Shown here: piece by piece, positions 1-13,540 of the stretch | Position numbering within the stretch: the first letter of the stretch is position 1 | How the letters are laid out: every line of letters starts with the position of its first letter | DNA from: Mobula hypostoma | Taxonomy: Eukaryota | Length of the DNA: 64,000 nt | NCBI RefSeq assembly: GCF_963921235.1 | Contig: NC_086097.1 | Span: 168,208,001-168,272,000 of the forward strand | Direction of reading: 5' to 3' | The notes under the pieces: model-generated | Told to the model about the DNA's origin: nothing | The model's database searches: none | The model's input: only the letters and a program-made list of their open reading frames with translations | Position numbers and translations under genes: made by a program

Positions 1-810
1 TTCTTTGCCCCCTCAAATTAATCCAGTATATTAACATCAATTTTAACTTGCGCAATCGTAAGAGTAATTGTCCCATTTCAACCAGTGAAGCCAAAACAGG
101 GTACAACCTTATTGCACCACAACACAATCTTAAAGCCTGAGCTTGTATCACATCCAAACATTGTAAAGTTGAAGATGAAGCTGACCCATAAGCCACACGG
201 TCATAATCAAGAACAGATCTAATCAAACTGATATAAATGGTCAACAAAGATTTTTGTGTAGCACCCCAAGAATACCCACATAGACACCTGAGAATATCTA
301 ATGTTCCCTTAAATTTATCAATTATTTTACTCATACAGTGCTTCCATGTCAGCTTATTATCCATCCATATTCCTGGAAATCTTACCACTAACACTTCTTC
401 AAGAGCTTGACCATATAATTTCAAATCAATTGCAGATCCATTAATCCTCTTTGTAAAACACATAACTTGAGTTTTAGCTACTGAAAGCTTAAATCCCCAA
501 CTGCTTGCTCACTGGTCAACCTTATTAATCACTAATTGTATTCCTACATACAGTAAAATTAAAATTCTGCCTCTTCGTCATCCGCATATTGTGATGTACT
601 CACTCCAGAACCAATCTCAGAGAAAATATCATTAATCATAATATTAAGTATTAAAGGACTATATTGACTGCCTTGTAGAGTCCCATTTTCTATCTCATAG
701 AAACCTGAATATACTTTGCCCAACCTTAGCTGCACAGACTGTCCAAATAACAAACTCAGGAAAAAAGTATACAATCTCCCTCTTACTCCTAATTTCCATA
801 GTTTAATCAC

Positions 811-1216
811 AAGTCAAGTCAAGTCAAGTTTATTGTCATTTAACTACATACATGTATATAACATTTTATATAGAAATGAGACAATGTTCCTTTAAACTAG
901 GTGTAAAGCACGGTAGTACACATAACACATCACACACAATAACTTATAAAGGTAAGGGTAAAATCTACAGAATAACAAACTAAAGTGCATACATGTTAAA
1001 TATTGTATTGGAACAGATTAACCAGTGACACTTTGAATGTGATGCCGCAGGGAGTTCAGAAGCCTAATAGTCTGGAGGAAGAAACTGTTTCTCATCCTGA
1101 CCGTTCTTGTTCTTACGCATCGGAGTCTCCTGCCTGATGGTAGAATGTCAACGGGGATTCTAGATGGATGGGTGGAATCCTTATACTATGGGCCCTGCAT
1201 ACACAGCACTCCTGAG
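811..1216 (-). mobile_element. Rex1/Babar-type LINE 3' fragment inserted in the I/Nimb RT region
   Basis: (AAGTC)n tail at 811-829 followed by a LINE 3' UTR and ORF2 end; host RT sequence resumes at ~1220. Confidence 0.6.
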
Positions 1217-2712
1217 AAAAGAGCTTCCTTCCGTATCTTATACCTTTTCAATATCAAAAAATATTGCTGTTACAACTTCTTTATTTACCTGTACTTTCCT
1301 AAAATCATCTTCCAAACATAAAAATTAATCCAATGGCATTCTATCCTTCCAAAATCCACTCTGATAAAACATTATATCACACCTCTTTTCTGAAATATAA
1401 TTGAAACACTCTATTGCCATACACTCCATAAGTTTATACAAAATGACATGTTAACAATATAGCCCTATAAGTAGAAGGACCCGTCAAGGTTTTAGACAGC
1501 CACTTTCCTTGAAAAATGAAGATGTGTTAACCTCCAAATATGATTTTAAAATGTTAATATTATCTCAACAGAGTTGTCAGTCATATATCCAACCATACAA
1601 TAACATACTGTATATCATCCATTCCCAGAGGCGTCTGGCCTGCATTAATAATAGCCGCCTTAAATTCATACAAAGAAAACCCTACATCAGTAATCCTATC
1701 ATTGCTGCAGCTGGCTTCCAACACATCAGTGTATTCACTTGGAACCTTGTCCCTACATTGTTTAACCTCTTCAGTTAAATTATCTTTATTATGAATCGCA
1801 GCAAATGACCTAGCCAGTAACTCACCCTTCCCTATTTTGGTAACAGTCATTTTACCCTGATCAATCAATACTGGAATATTTTTATCCCTATAAAGCCCAC
1901 CCTTTCCCCCCATTTTCTTTTTCATTCCCCAAATATCTCAAAGTTTTAATATCTTTTCAAAGTATCACAATATGATTTCCAGGAAACTTTTTCCCACTTT
2001 CCTCACCAAGGCCTGTACCTTTTTATACTTAATAAGGTCACTTGGAGAATGATACTTAACTTTCCTAACCACCTTATTTCTCTCCCTAATTGCCTCTGCA
2101 CACTCCTCAGGTCACCATGGTATAGCCTTTCTCCTATTAATGCCCTTTTTAATAGGGATCAGTTTGATGAATAACGTGACATAACTTTTCATTGCATAAA
2201 TCCACATCATCCTCAACATTCAGCCCAGACAGACATTCACCACATGAAACCTTAAACATCTCCCAATTTGCTTTACCAAAATTCCACCTCCTAAAAGTGG
2301 CCATTTGTCCCCTATATAACTCCAAGCCCAAGCTTATAAATGTAGGAAAATGATCACTCCCCGATGTTTCATCACCCATAACATTCCACGTATTCACTCC
2401 AGCCAGTAAGTTCAAAACTAAAGTTAAATCTATAGCAATTTCAGAACTATCATGAACATTCAATCTCGTACCCCTCCTATCATTAAGAAGAACATGTTGA
2501 GAAATATCTAAAAATTCTTCTGCAGTCAAATCATTACCATTAGTTTGCGAACAACCTCACAGGGAACTATGTGCATTAATATCCCCACACCACTCAACCC
2601 TTAATGAATAACATATCAATAGAAAGTTTTCCACAAGGATTGTAAAAATTAACCACTTTAATACCCCTATTTGTTGAATCAAATATTTCTACAACAAGTG
2701 CCTCATACGTTT

Positions 2713-3107
2713 AAGGAGATCTCATTAAGAGATCTTACATAAACATATAAAATTATGAAAGGGATAGATAAACTAGAGACAGGAAAGTTGTTTCCACTGG
2801 TAGGTGAGACTAGAACTAGGGGACATAGCCTCAAGATTCAGCAGAGTAGATTTAGGATGGAGATGAGGAGGAACTGCTTTTCCCAGAGGTTGGTGAATCT
2901 GTGGAATTCTCTGCCCAATGAAGCAGTGGAGGCTACCTCAGTAAATATATTTAAGACAAGGTTGGATAGATTTTTGCATAGTAGGGGGAAAAGGCAGGTA
3001 GGTAGAGATGAGTCCATGGCCAGATCAGCAATGATCTTATTGAATGGCAGAGCAGGCTCGACAGGCCAGATGGCTGACTCCTGCTCTTATTTCTTATGTT
3101 CTTGTGT
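2713..3107 (+). mobile_element. CR1 LINE 3' fragment
   Basis: YKIMKGID...TRGHSLKI...RRNCFSQRLVNLWNSLP C-terminal peptide and TTCTTATG tail; a closely similar copy lies at 55222-55581. Confidence 0.85.
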
Positions 3108-4370
3108 TTCCTTCACATTCACAACTCTGTACCCTACCCCTTTCCTGATTAAACTGGCAACACCACCCCGTCTCCCAAATAACCGATCATGCCAAATAAC
3201 AACATAATCCTGCAAAGAAAAACTTAAATGTGGTAACACTAGGTTTCCTGAATACATACAACATTGGGAGAAATTGATGAATCAGAAATAAACTTCTTAA
3301 AATCTTGATTCAAAATCGGGCTTCTCACATTCCACTGTAATACTCTAAATCCCATTACGTACCTTCACAAGTAGACTGGTTTACAAATATCCCACCTATC
3401 AAGAGTTTCATTTACAGCTTCCCACTTCACACCAGTTATACCAAGATACTTTCCTGCAGCTTTCACAATAATTTTAATTTTCTCAGTATAACTAGATGTC
3501 TGAGCAGTACAAGTCACCATATCTGTTATAAACATTACAAACTTCATTTTATCCACAAGTAAAGTATCTTTAATAAGAGAACAGTGATGCCAACACATAT
3601 CCACTGACTTCACAGTCTGGTCTCTGACTGGTAAAACCTTATCAACATTCTGTTTAACTTTTTGCAAGGCCTCTGAATAAGATACACCTTATTACACTTT
3701 AATCTGTTGAACAGCAGCTGCCTTCTTAAGCACTTCACATCCTCTATATCCTGCAGTACGTTCTCCTCCACAATTACGACAGTTTAACTTTACACCTTCT
3801 CCAGTCTTCATACTTAAGTTCCCCACCCCCCACTTACTGTACTACACCTTACTTTCCCATGACATACTGCTGCCACCCAAACCTCTGACATTTAAAACAT
3901 CTAAGCAGAGGTGGAATATAAACTTGTACATACCCTAAACTAATCTTATCAAGGAGCTTCATCTCATTAAAATAAATCAATACAGATAAACTATCCATCT
4001 TCTCCCCATTTCTTACTACTAGACTTCCTCCATTGAAATCTCCAACAAAACACCCATTTTGACACCCCAATACCTCTATTTTCATAAGGCAACATTGATA
4101 CTGTCTTTTTGCCAAGCAAAGCCTTCAAATGTAATGCCTTCTCACAATGTTTCTTATCCTTACAAACGATTTTCACATTCCCTTCTCTCAAGGTATGAGC
4201 AAAATCTGTATCCCCTATAGCAGATTTCAACTCTTTAGTTAACTTAATTGGATTGATGGAAGGGAGCTGTTCCAGGTCAAATTTAAACAATAGCTTAAAG
4301 TCTTCCTTTTTTTTTCAAAAAAAATCCTGCCCTTCCTCTTCAGCAATAAAACTCACTCCACTATTATCTT

Positions 4371-5338
4371 TTGGGCACGTCTGCCATCACCCCATCGTCC
4401 AGCCACCCCACCAGAGATAGGGTTCCTTTAGTCCTCACTTGCCACACCCCTGGTCGCTGCATCCAGCACATAATTCTCCGTAACTTCTGCCATCTCCTGC
4501 GGGATCCCACCACCAAGCACATCTTTCCTCCCCCCCCTCACTTTCCACAGGGATCACTCCCTACTGACCTCTTTCCTAGTATTTGTCCTTGCAAGTGGAA
4601 CAGGTGAGGAAACACTTCGCCTGTGATTCTTGTGGGGTTGTCTAATGTTTCCGCTGCTCCCGGTGTTGTCTCCTGTATATCAGTAAGGCCTGACGTAGAT
4701 TAGGAGACCACTTCACCGAGCACCTTTGCTCCTTCCACCAGAAAAAGCAGGATCTCACAGTGGCCACCCATTTCAATTCTAGTCCTATTCCCATTCTGAC
4801 ATGTCAGTCCACAGCCTCCTCTTCTGTTACATTGAGATCGCACTCATATTGGAGGAACAAGATTTTGTATTTCCTTTGAGTAGCCTACAGCCTGATGGCA
4901 TGAACATTGTTTTCTTGAACTTCTGATAATTGTCCCAACCCTCCTTCAACATTCCCCATTCCCATTTCCCTCTCTCACCTTATCTCCTTACTTGTCCATC
5001 ACCTCCCCCTTCCTCTCCTTCCACGGCCTTCTACCCTCTCCTATCAGAATCCCCCTTCTCCAGCCCTGTATCTCTTTCACCTATCAACTTCCCAGCTCTT
5101 TACTTCATCCCCTCCCCTGCTCCTGGTTTCACCCATCACTGCACCTTGTACTTCTTCCTCCCCTCCCCCCACCTTCTGATACTGATTCTTATCTTTTTTT
5201 CCAGTCCTGATGAAGAGCCTTGACCTGAAACATAGACTGTTCACTCCTTTCCCTAGATACTGCCTGACCTACTGCTTTCCTCCAGCATTTTGTGTGTGTG
5301 TTGCTTGGATTTCCAGCATCTGCAGATTTTCTCATGTC
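4371..5338 (+). mobile_element. Penelope-like element 3' part (degenerate GIY-YIG endonuclease + terminal repeat with hammerhead motif)
   Basis: DRVPLVLT peptide, degenerate GIY-YIG region homologous to 29599-30076, pyrimidine-rich UTR, CAGTC-CTGATGA...GAAA...GACTG at 5202-5239. Confidence 0.8.
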
Positions 5339-5580
5339 AATATTTCTTTTTCCATTTTACAGGTCTAGGTTCAACTTCATTCCAACCACCTCCCGCCAAC
5401 CCACACTCTTCCCCAACGTACACTTCCAGTTTCTTTTCTGTGTCCTCCTCACTAACTGAACCTACTCTACTTCCCAGCATCCCCACACCAACCACCCTGT
5501 GCTTCGACACTCATTCATCAGTTCCTGCTGAGCCGAGTCAGCCAATGTGCTTTCCTACTTGCTACTTCCTGACTGCACCA

Positions 5581-6180
5581 TAAGGCTGCACCAAGAGCAC
5601 TGGACACAATAGATGACCCTTACAGATTAATAGATGAGGTGTTGCCTCACCTGCATGGACTGTTTGGGACCCTGAATGGTGGTGAAGGAAGTGGTGTATA
5701 GTACTTGTCCCACTTGCAGGGCTAAGTGCCAGGAGTGAGACCAGTAGGGAGGGACGACTGGGCAAAGGAGTCACATATAGAGCAATTCCTACAGAAGGCA
5801 GAGTGAGTGGAAGAGTGAAGGAAGGACGTGCTTAGTGGTAGGATCCCAATGGAGATGGCGGAAGTTACAGAGATTGTTGTTGCTGGATATGGAGGGACAT
5901 TAGGAGCTCGGTAAGGACAAGGGGAGCCCTATCCCTATTAAGATAGTGGAAGGATAGGGTGAGAGCAGATGTGCAGAAAATGGAGAAGATGCGGACAAGA
6001 TCAGCATAGATGGTGGTGAAAGGGGAGTATTGTTCTTTGGGGGGGAAGGAGGCTATTTCAGATGTTCTAGTATGGAAACCCTCTTCTTGAGAACAAGTGC
6101 CTTGGAGATAGAGGAACTGAGAAGAGCAAATAGCATTTTAACAAGTAATAGAGTGGGAAAAGGTGTCTTTCTCCTAGAGT
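5581..6180 (-). mobile_element. Penelope-like element fragment (degenerate)
   Basis: Reverse-complement similarity to the ORF region at 4371-4700 and 29880-30076. Confidence 0.65.
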
Positions 6181-7529
6181 AGACTAAATAGTATGAATTT
6201 AAAATGAGAGGGGGTATGTTTAAAGGAGATGTACAGAGCAAGTTTTATTTTTGTTCAACACAAAGGGGTGGGTGCCTGGAACAGGTTGCTAGAGATGATG
6301 GAGAAACTGGACACAGTTGACAGGTTGACACATCAGAGGGCATCTAATCAGAGATAGATGAATTTGTATGAGGAGGTGCAAGATGACTAGAAGCTCAGGC
6401 CTTTAGAACGAGGGCAAAGGAGTTTAGTTTAATTTGGCATTGTTCAGCACAGCCATCATGGGCCAAAGAGCCTGTTCTATTTTCTAACCATTTGTTTGTC
6501 ATGAAAGCTTCCATCACAGAGTCTCCAAATCCTATTTGCAAAGCACAATGCTGTGTTGAGAGTTTTCACCACAAAGGAAGTAGTTATGGCCTCAAATTCT
6601 TTGTCTTTACAGGAAAGGGTTATCAGATTTCAGAGAATTGGAGAGGCATTTAGAACATTTTGCAGGGCTCCAGGGAAAAATTGCTGGAACGGGACTGAAG
6701 GGAGCCAGTGGAGACATAATGAGCCAAGACACCTCCTGTGTTACATTAGTTTCATAATGAGTATCACTAGACTTACTGGCTGTATTAATAAAAACAAACT
6801 ACTAGTTTTCTTGATTCGTGGTTTCTGATATTTCTTCCCCACAAGCAGTGGAAAGGTGTATTGTTTGCCCACCATGTTAACAGCGGGACTGAGTTAGTTA
6901 ATGAGGTTTGTGCTGACAACTCAGAAGTGACAGTCTATCTACTCAACATCAGTCAGAGTCAATCACTGAGCTCCCCAATATCCCCAGTCCTTGTGCAGTT
7001 CCAGATATTCGTCACTCTAATGATGATCAAACAAAACTTGTCCATTGATTTGAAACGTTTTAAGTATTTCAAAGGTTATTCTAAGGGTACACTATATGGG
7101 CCAAATGCAGGCAATTGGGACTAGCTTAAATGGACATGCATGAGTCAGGCTGAAGGGCCAGCTCCCATGCTATACACGTCTGACTCTCTCCTTTCTCCAG
7201 CTTTTCTGTTTTTGATGTTATAGCTGTGGTTTGTTGGGATGGGGGTGGGGGGGACTTTGAGTTGAATAGAGCTGACTTTTGCTGGGTTAATCTGCGTATT
7301 CCAGTGTTACCCTGCCAAAGCTCACTTCATCACACCATGGAAATGTGTGTCCTCTGTGCCAGATAATGAGCATGAATTGTCTGGCAGCTAGATGTGCCTC
7401 CTACCGTGCATGTGGGATTCAATTTATTGGTTTTAGTGATCTAATCTTGGGAAGTGAGGTACGCTGTCTGTCATTACGCTCATTTTACACGGCATATAAA
7501 ACAGAACAGTCCAGCACAGGAATGGGCCC

Positions 7530-8435
7530 TTTGGCCCTCAGAGTCTGTGCAGTCAAACTAAACCTCTCTGCCAGCACATGATCCATATCCTTCCATTCCT
7601 TGCATATTCATGTGTTAGTCTAAATGCCTCTGAAAGATCACTATCTTAACTACTCCATCACTACCCCTGACTGCACGTTCCAGGCAGGCAACTAGCACTT
7701 TCTTTATACACCTCCGTTAAACTTTCTCCCTCATCTGAAAGCTACGTGCTTTAGTATTTGATACTTCAACGCTGGGAAAGAGACTCTATCTATACTATCT
7801 ATGCCTCTCATAACTTTATAAAGTTCTAGCAGGTCTCTGCCACTTCAGAGAAAACAACCCACGTTTGCCAAGCCTTCTCTAATCCAGGAGCATCCTGGTG
7901 AACTTTGTCTACACCCTCCCTGGAACATCCACATCCATATGATGGCATGTCACCCAGTCTTCTAACAAACTTCTACAGATATACTGTTGAAAAATATCCT
8001 ATCTGACTGCATCATGGTCTGATCTGGCAGTTCTAATGTGCAGGAATGCAAGAACCTGCAGAACGTAGTGGACTCAGCCCAGTGCATCATGGGCACGTCT
8101 CTCTCCCCACTATGAGTCGTACCTGTATGAGGCGTTGCCTCAGGAAGGCAAAATCTCCCACCATCCAGGCCATGCCATCTTCTTGTAGCTACCAATGGCC
8201 AGGAGGTATGTGAGCCGGAAGTTCAATACCAGCAGGTTCAAGAGCAGCTACTTCCCTTCGACCATTCGGTTCTTGAACCAACCTGCACAACCCTACTCCT
8301 GGATGAATCATACATAAATTATCTATTTCTTTTGATTATTGTGTCTCTAATACTATGTTCCTGTCATGCCTTTGCAAATAAGTTTTCTGTTTCACCTGTG
8401 TTGTGAATAGGGCATAAACTTGAGATTGACTTTGC
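7530..8435. mobile_element. Degenerate CR1 3' fragment (-, ~7490-7950) followed by a Rex1/Babar-type 3' fragment (+, ~7960-8435)
   Basis: Similar to the other CR1 and Rex/Babar ends in this window (e.g. 43700-44215, 45440-46082). Confidence 0.55.
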
Positions 8436-11400
8436 AGTGGGGTGACTTGAGCTACAGACAGGTAAACAAGGATTGGTAAAGTGCAGGACAACAGGAAGCT
8501 TGAGTCTGCTTTTACAAACTCTCCTTCAGCTATGGTTCTCCTGTTACAGGTGGGCCCTTGGACCTCATGTCCCGCAGGGTGGTGGCAGCCGGCACTTCAC
8601 AGCTAGCACAACAAATTGCCCAGGAGCTAGAGCCCGTCGCTTACGAAAGGGATGACAGCACAGAAGAAGCAAGTGACTCTCAGTCCAAATAAAGACATTC
8701 AGCAGCTAAGCCACAGCAGACAACATGCGGGTGCCAGACTGCTGCCTCGTGGAAACTGTGGATCGGCCAACCGATTGGTCAACTCTCACTGAGGGCTTCA
8801 ACAATATGCAACTTCTATAATGAGTGTTGAACTAATTTAGTTGCCATTTAATGGGGAATTTGTCTTTGGTTAATAGCATCTGGTCAGGTGGAGGCCCTCA
8901 GTCCTACTCATTCAGCTCCATCTACTTCTGCTGAACTAATTATTGTGCACATTTCTAATGCTGAGGACTGAGGACAAATTTCTTCCCCAGAGACGGTGGT
9001 TGGGTTGATGAGGTGGGGGCCGGGTACAGGGAGGATGAGACCGAAAGGACTGGGCAGTTCACTGGTGAAATAAAAAAAATCAAACTGGGCATAGAGCCAG
9101 TGACTTGCCTGATCAGCCAAGTTCGAGCCAATATTTCGACAACTTGTGTTCAAATTGTCCCTGATGCAGCCATTCAAGAGTTGGCAGGCTAGAGTCGACA
9201 GGGTAAGTTTACAGGAGTGAAACTGGTGTTCTAAGAACCTATAAATATTGAGTATCTTCATATTCTCACACACACTAGGTGGCATTTCAGACCATCAAGT
9301 CTGTGCTGGCTCTCTGAGCACTCCCATCAATCTGACTTTCTATTATTTCCCTGCTACTTGGGCTCTCGTCTGTATGTCAGCTCCCCAGAGTCTCCTCTGA
9401 GCCATCTACAGTAGAAGCGATTTACACTTGGTGTTTAACCCTAACAACCTGCACATCGTTAGCACATGCCAATCTTTAAGAAAGGTCTCAGCCCAGAACG
9501 TCCCTCCGCAGATAATGCCTGACCTGCTGAGTTCCTCCAGCATTGTGTGTGTGTTGCTCAAGATCAGCAGATCGCTGAATCTCTTGTCTCATCACTAGTG
9601 TGCAGGAAGAAACCCGAGCACCCAGGGGAAACTCCACACACACAGCAGGCTCAAGCCCAATTCACTGGAGCTGGGTTTTATCTTGAAACAAATAAAAGCC
9701 CTGGAAGAGCTCAGTGGGTCAGACAGCATCCATGGAGAGAGAAACAGAATATAACAATTCACATCAACGATCCTTCTTAGGGACCTGGTCGTCTCTGTTG
9801 ATGCTGCTGGACTTTTCTCAAGGCTTCCAGCATTTTCTGTTTCTGTTTTAGATTCTCGTCATTCGGCTTGAATCATTTTTAGAGACCGATTTCCAGATCA
9901 GGTCCCGCTTTTATCCAAGATTTAGCCATTTGCAAATTGTAAAGAAAATGTGCCCTGCTGCTTATTTTGTTCTTTGTGGTCAGCCGTTGCCCTACAGGTC
10001 ACATCAGGCTTAAAAGTAATGGGAGAGCAAAACAAGCATCAGCCAGCCATCAGCACTTAGACAGTAAGGGTAGGGTATTCTTATTCAGGGTCCTCAGATT
10101 AGGAAAATGTCTTGCAAAATAGGCTTTGAAGGTTCACTTGTCAATGAATCACCTGGAGGTATTGGGACTCGCATTCCAAAAGCGCAGTCTTAAAGGAGGG
10201 AAGAGAGTCCAAAAAGAATTCCCAAGTTTTATGTATCGAGTAGCATGGTTGCCAAAGGTCTGAGAATTACATTTTGTTAATGGCGAAGAGGCCAAGAGCA
10301 GTGGAAGTTAGTGAAGAAGATGAATGATGGTGAGGTTAGTGGATGGTAATGGTTGAGCAGGATCTAAACTCATCTGTTGTTGTTAAAGATAATGCCTCTA
10401 GCCTCTTGGAATTTGTTCACTCATCAACCCGGGCCCCTTATCTTCAAGAGCCAAAACGTTTGAATGGATCTAACCCATTTTCTCTCCTGAGTTTCATTAT
10501 CGTCACTTGAGGGGTTTTGGCTGCAAGGTCTCACAGTCAAAAAAAAATACGGATAACTTTACAATTTAATCATAATTTTAAAAGAGATCTTATTTCAGGG
10601 TTTTACTAGGTCTACAGAAAATGTGACAAAACAATAGAAATAAATTCTGACTGAATTGTTCATGAATAAACAGATCTGTTTTTGTATCAGTTCAATTCTC
10701 TTGCTTATTTAGATACATTTCTACACTTCCATACATTCAGATTCAAGTAGGACATGTGTAGACAGAAGAGATCTAGCTTAATTTGGAATTGTGCTCAGCA
10801 CCAACAGTGTGGGGTCAAGGGCCTGTTCCTGTGCCATACTGCTCTATGTCTATAGCTTTGTGGTGAAAGGGGGAAAGTTTAAGGAGATTCTTGTGGCAAA
10901 GATTTTTTTACACAGAAATTGGGTGCCTAGAACGCAGAGTAAGGGTAAGTGGTGGAAGCAGAAATGACAGCAATGTTTATGAGGTGCTTAGACATTTGAA
11001 CAGGCAAGGAATGAAGGAATATAGACCATCTGTGGGCATTGTGGTCAGCACACTGTACAGTTTCAACAAAATTAAGATATTGCAGCATAAAATATCCCGT
11101 GCCCTTTACACTTGGAATGACAGCCATGCTCAAATCTCACATTGTCCCAGTGAAGCAGTGGTGTACATCACAATTTAATTGTGGGACAGATGGAAGCAGA
11201 TGAGGAAGGAGGTGATTGCTAGGTGGGGTAAAAAGGAAGAGGGGGAAGTTAGATACAGGCTGGTAGGAGATAAGTGAAACCAAATAAGGGAGGGTTGATG
11301 GGGAGATGGAGCCAGGTGAGGTTCCAGCTATCACCTACAACCCATTTCACCCCTCCCTCTCACCTCTTTGTACTGTCTATCTTCCCTCTACAATCAGTTC

Positions 11401-13094
11401 TGATGTAGGACCTTGACCCTAAACATTGACTATTTCTTTGCCTTCACAGATGCTGCTTGATCCACCATCTTTCTAGCAGTTTGTTCTTTGTTCCCGTTCC
11501 CAACTATTTTGTCTTGTATCAATCTTCGACTGCTGGGTCTGTCTCAGTTAGTGACATCTTTATCCCCAAGTCTGATGTCCAGAGACTGGAGATGGAATGC
11601 TGCCTTTCAGAAGATAATCTAAACTTTTCTTTCACTTTTCCTAAGTAAAACTTTGTCTGTGACCAAAATTCATCCCTCAGCCAACTTCAATGAAAGGAGA
11701 TTATCTGATTATTGCTATATAGCTGTTTGTGGGAGCTTACTGTGCACAGATGGCTGCCATTGTTGCCCAGGGTACAATGGTGTGCACACTTCAGAGGTAT
11801 CTCACGGAATATAAAGGACTTTGGGTTTATGTGTAGGGGTGAACGGTATTGGAGCAATGTAGGTCTTGTCCAGTATTTATAAACCAGGAGGGGAGAGTTA
11901 TTGGGCCTGGCCAGTTGGCATAAAAAGAGGGACAGAAAATGTAATTAACTTTTGGAAATTCTCCGTTTTAACTGAATCCTGCACTGTGATTCTGTTTTTT
12001 CCATGAATGTGTCAGTCCCTTTACAATTGAGATTTGTGCCTGTGAGCAGTTGCCAGCTCCAACCACAGGGTGATACTCTAGAGCACATCCTTGCGCAATC
12101 TCTGATGCCCCCACTGCGTTTCAGCTCCAGAGTATGGTTAAACATAAAATGTGTAAATCATAAAAAGATGGTGTTTTTTTTTTAACTTAGAGGAGGAGCA
12201 GGTCATTCAGTCTGCAAGTCCATGTCAATAAATAGTTCTGCAGCTTAATTCCATCTTCCAGTACTGGGTCTATAGCATGACTGATCTCAGTTCTTCACGT
12301 AACCATCAGCCAATTTATGAACGTGACGACCTTCAGACCGCTGGTTGGCCTCCAGATATGTTTTTAAGCAGCACACACAAAATGCTGGAGGAATTCTTCA
12401 AGCCAGGCAGCATCTATGGGAAAGACAAGAGTACAGTCGACGTTTTGGGATGAGACCCCTCAGCAGGACCTTCATCCCTTCATCCCTTCATCCGGGTATT
12501 TTTTATATATATTTTACACCCTTAATTGTTGTCCCTTCTGCTGAGGGAAATGCATCCTTCCATTGTACTATAACACGTGCTCCCATAATAGTATACATCA
12601 CATTTAACTTCCCTTCGGGGTCCTCTGTTCCAAAGAAAATAACCTCAGCCTGTCATTAACCTGGAAAAGAATGGAAAAAGGATTCACGAGAATGTTGTTA
12701 GGATTGGAGGCTTGAGTTATACTGAGGCTCAATAGCTGCGACCTTTGTCCCTGGAGTGTTGGAGACTGAGGGGTAACCATCTAGAATAATGAAACATAAA
12801 GAATATTTTTTTAAACTATGCTGGAAACATTCGTTAGGGTAGGCATATCTGTGGACGGTATAGAAAAATCATGAAGTGCGTAGATAAGGAGGGTGGACAC
12901 CCTCTTTCTCCCAGGGTAGGGGATGACAAATTTAAGATGAGAGGGGAAAAACTGAAAGAATTTAAAAGGGACCTGAGGAGCAGCATCTTCACAGAGTGGC
13001 TGGTGAGTGCATGGAATGAGATGTCAAAGGAAGTGGTTACAAGTACCACGTTTAAAATACATTTGGACAAGTACATGGAGAAGAAAGATTTAGA

Positions 13095-13540
13095 GAGACA
13101 TACACACAAATGCTGCATGAATTCAGCAGGTCAGACAGCTTTTATGGAAATGACTAAACAGTGGACATTTCAGGCAGAGACCCTTCATCAGGACTGGAAG
13201 GAAAGGGGGAAGATGCCAGAATAAAACGATGGGGGGGGGGGGAGAGAGAGTCAAGCTAGATGGTGATAAGTGAATCCACGTGGGTGGAAGAGGTAAAGGG
13301 CTAGAAAAGAAAGAATCTGATGGGAGAGGGGAGTGGACCATGGGAGAAAGGGAAGAAAGGGGCACCAGAGGAGGTGATAGGCAGGTGAGGAAAAGATGAG
13401 AGGCCAGAGTAAGGAATAGAAGAAGAGAAAAGGGAGGAGAAAATTACTGGAAGGAGGAATTGATGTTCAAGCCATCAGGTTGGAGGCTATCTTGATGGAA
13501 TATGAGGTGCTGTTCCTCCACCATGGGCTACCTAGATGGG
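13095..13540 (-). mobile_element. Penelope-like element 3' end with hammerhead motif
   Basis: End of the ORF (QPDGLNINS), UTR purine-rich on +, hammerhead motif at 13159-13196. Confidence 0.75.

Larger units (their letters stand above)
1..5560 (-). mobile_element. Decayed I/Nimb-clade-like non-LTR retrotransposon (ORF1 with zinc knuckles + APE/RT ORF2), interrupted by later insertions
   Basis: Minus-strand peptides: ORF1 knuckles RCFKCQRFG (~3880-3905) and CRNCGGExxAGYRGC (~3740-3785); APE start MGFRVLQWNVRS (~3320-3355) and IDLTL...SDHFP (2149-2529 ORF); RT ENGTLQGS..SP..NIMINDI...YADD (559-810). Many stops and frameshifts. Runs off the left edge of the window. Confidence 0.75.

Noticed and set aside
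8880..9085. Possible minus-strand exon (pyrimidine tract + CAG at ~9062, within a 125-aa ORF)
   Set aside because: No recognisable protein similarity or partner exons; cannot be supported from sequence alone.
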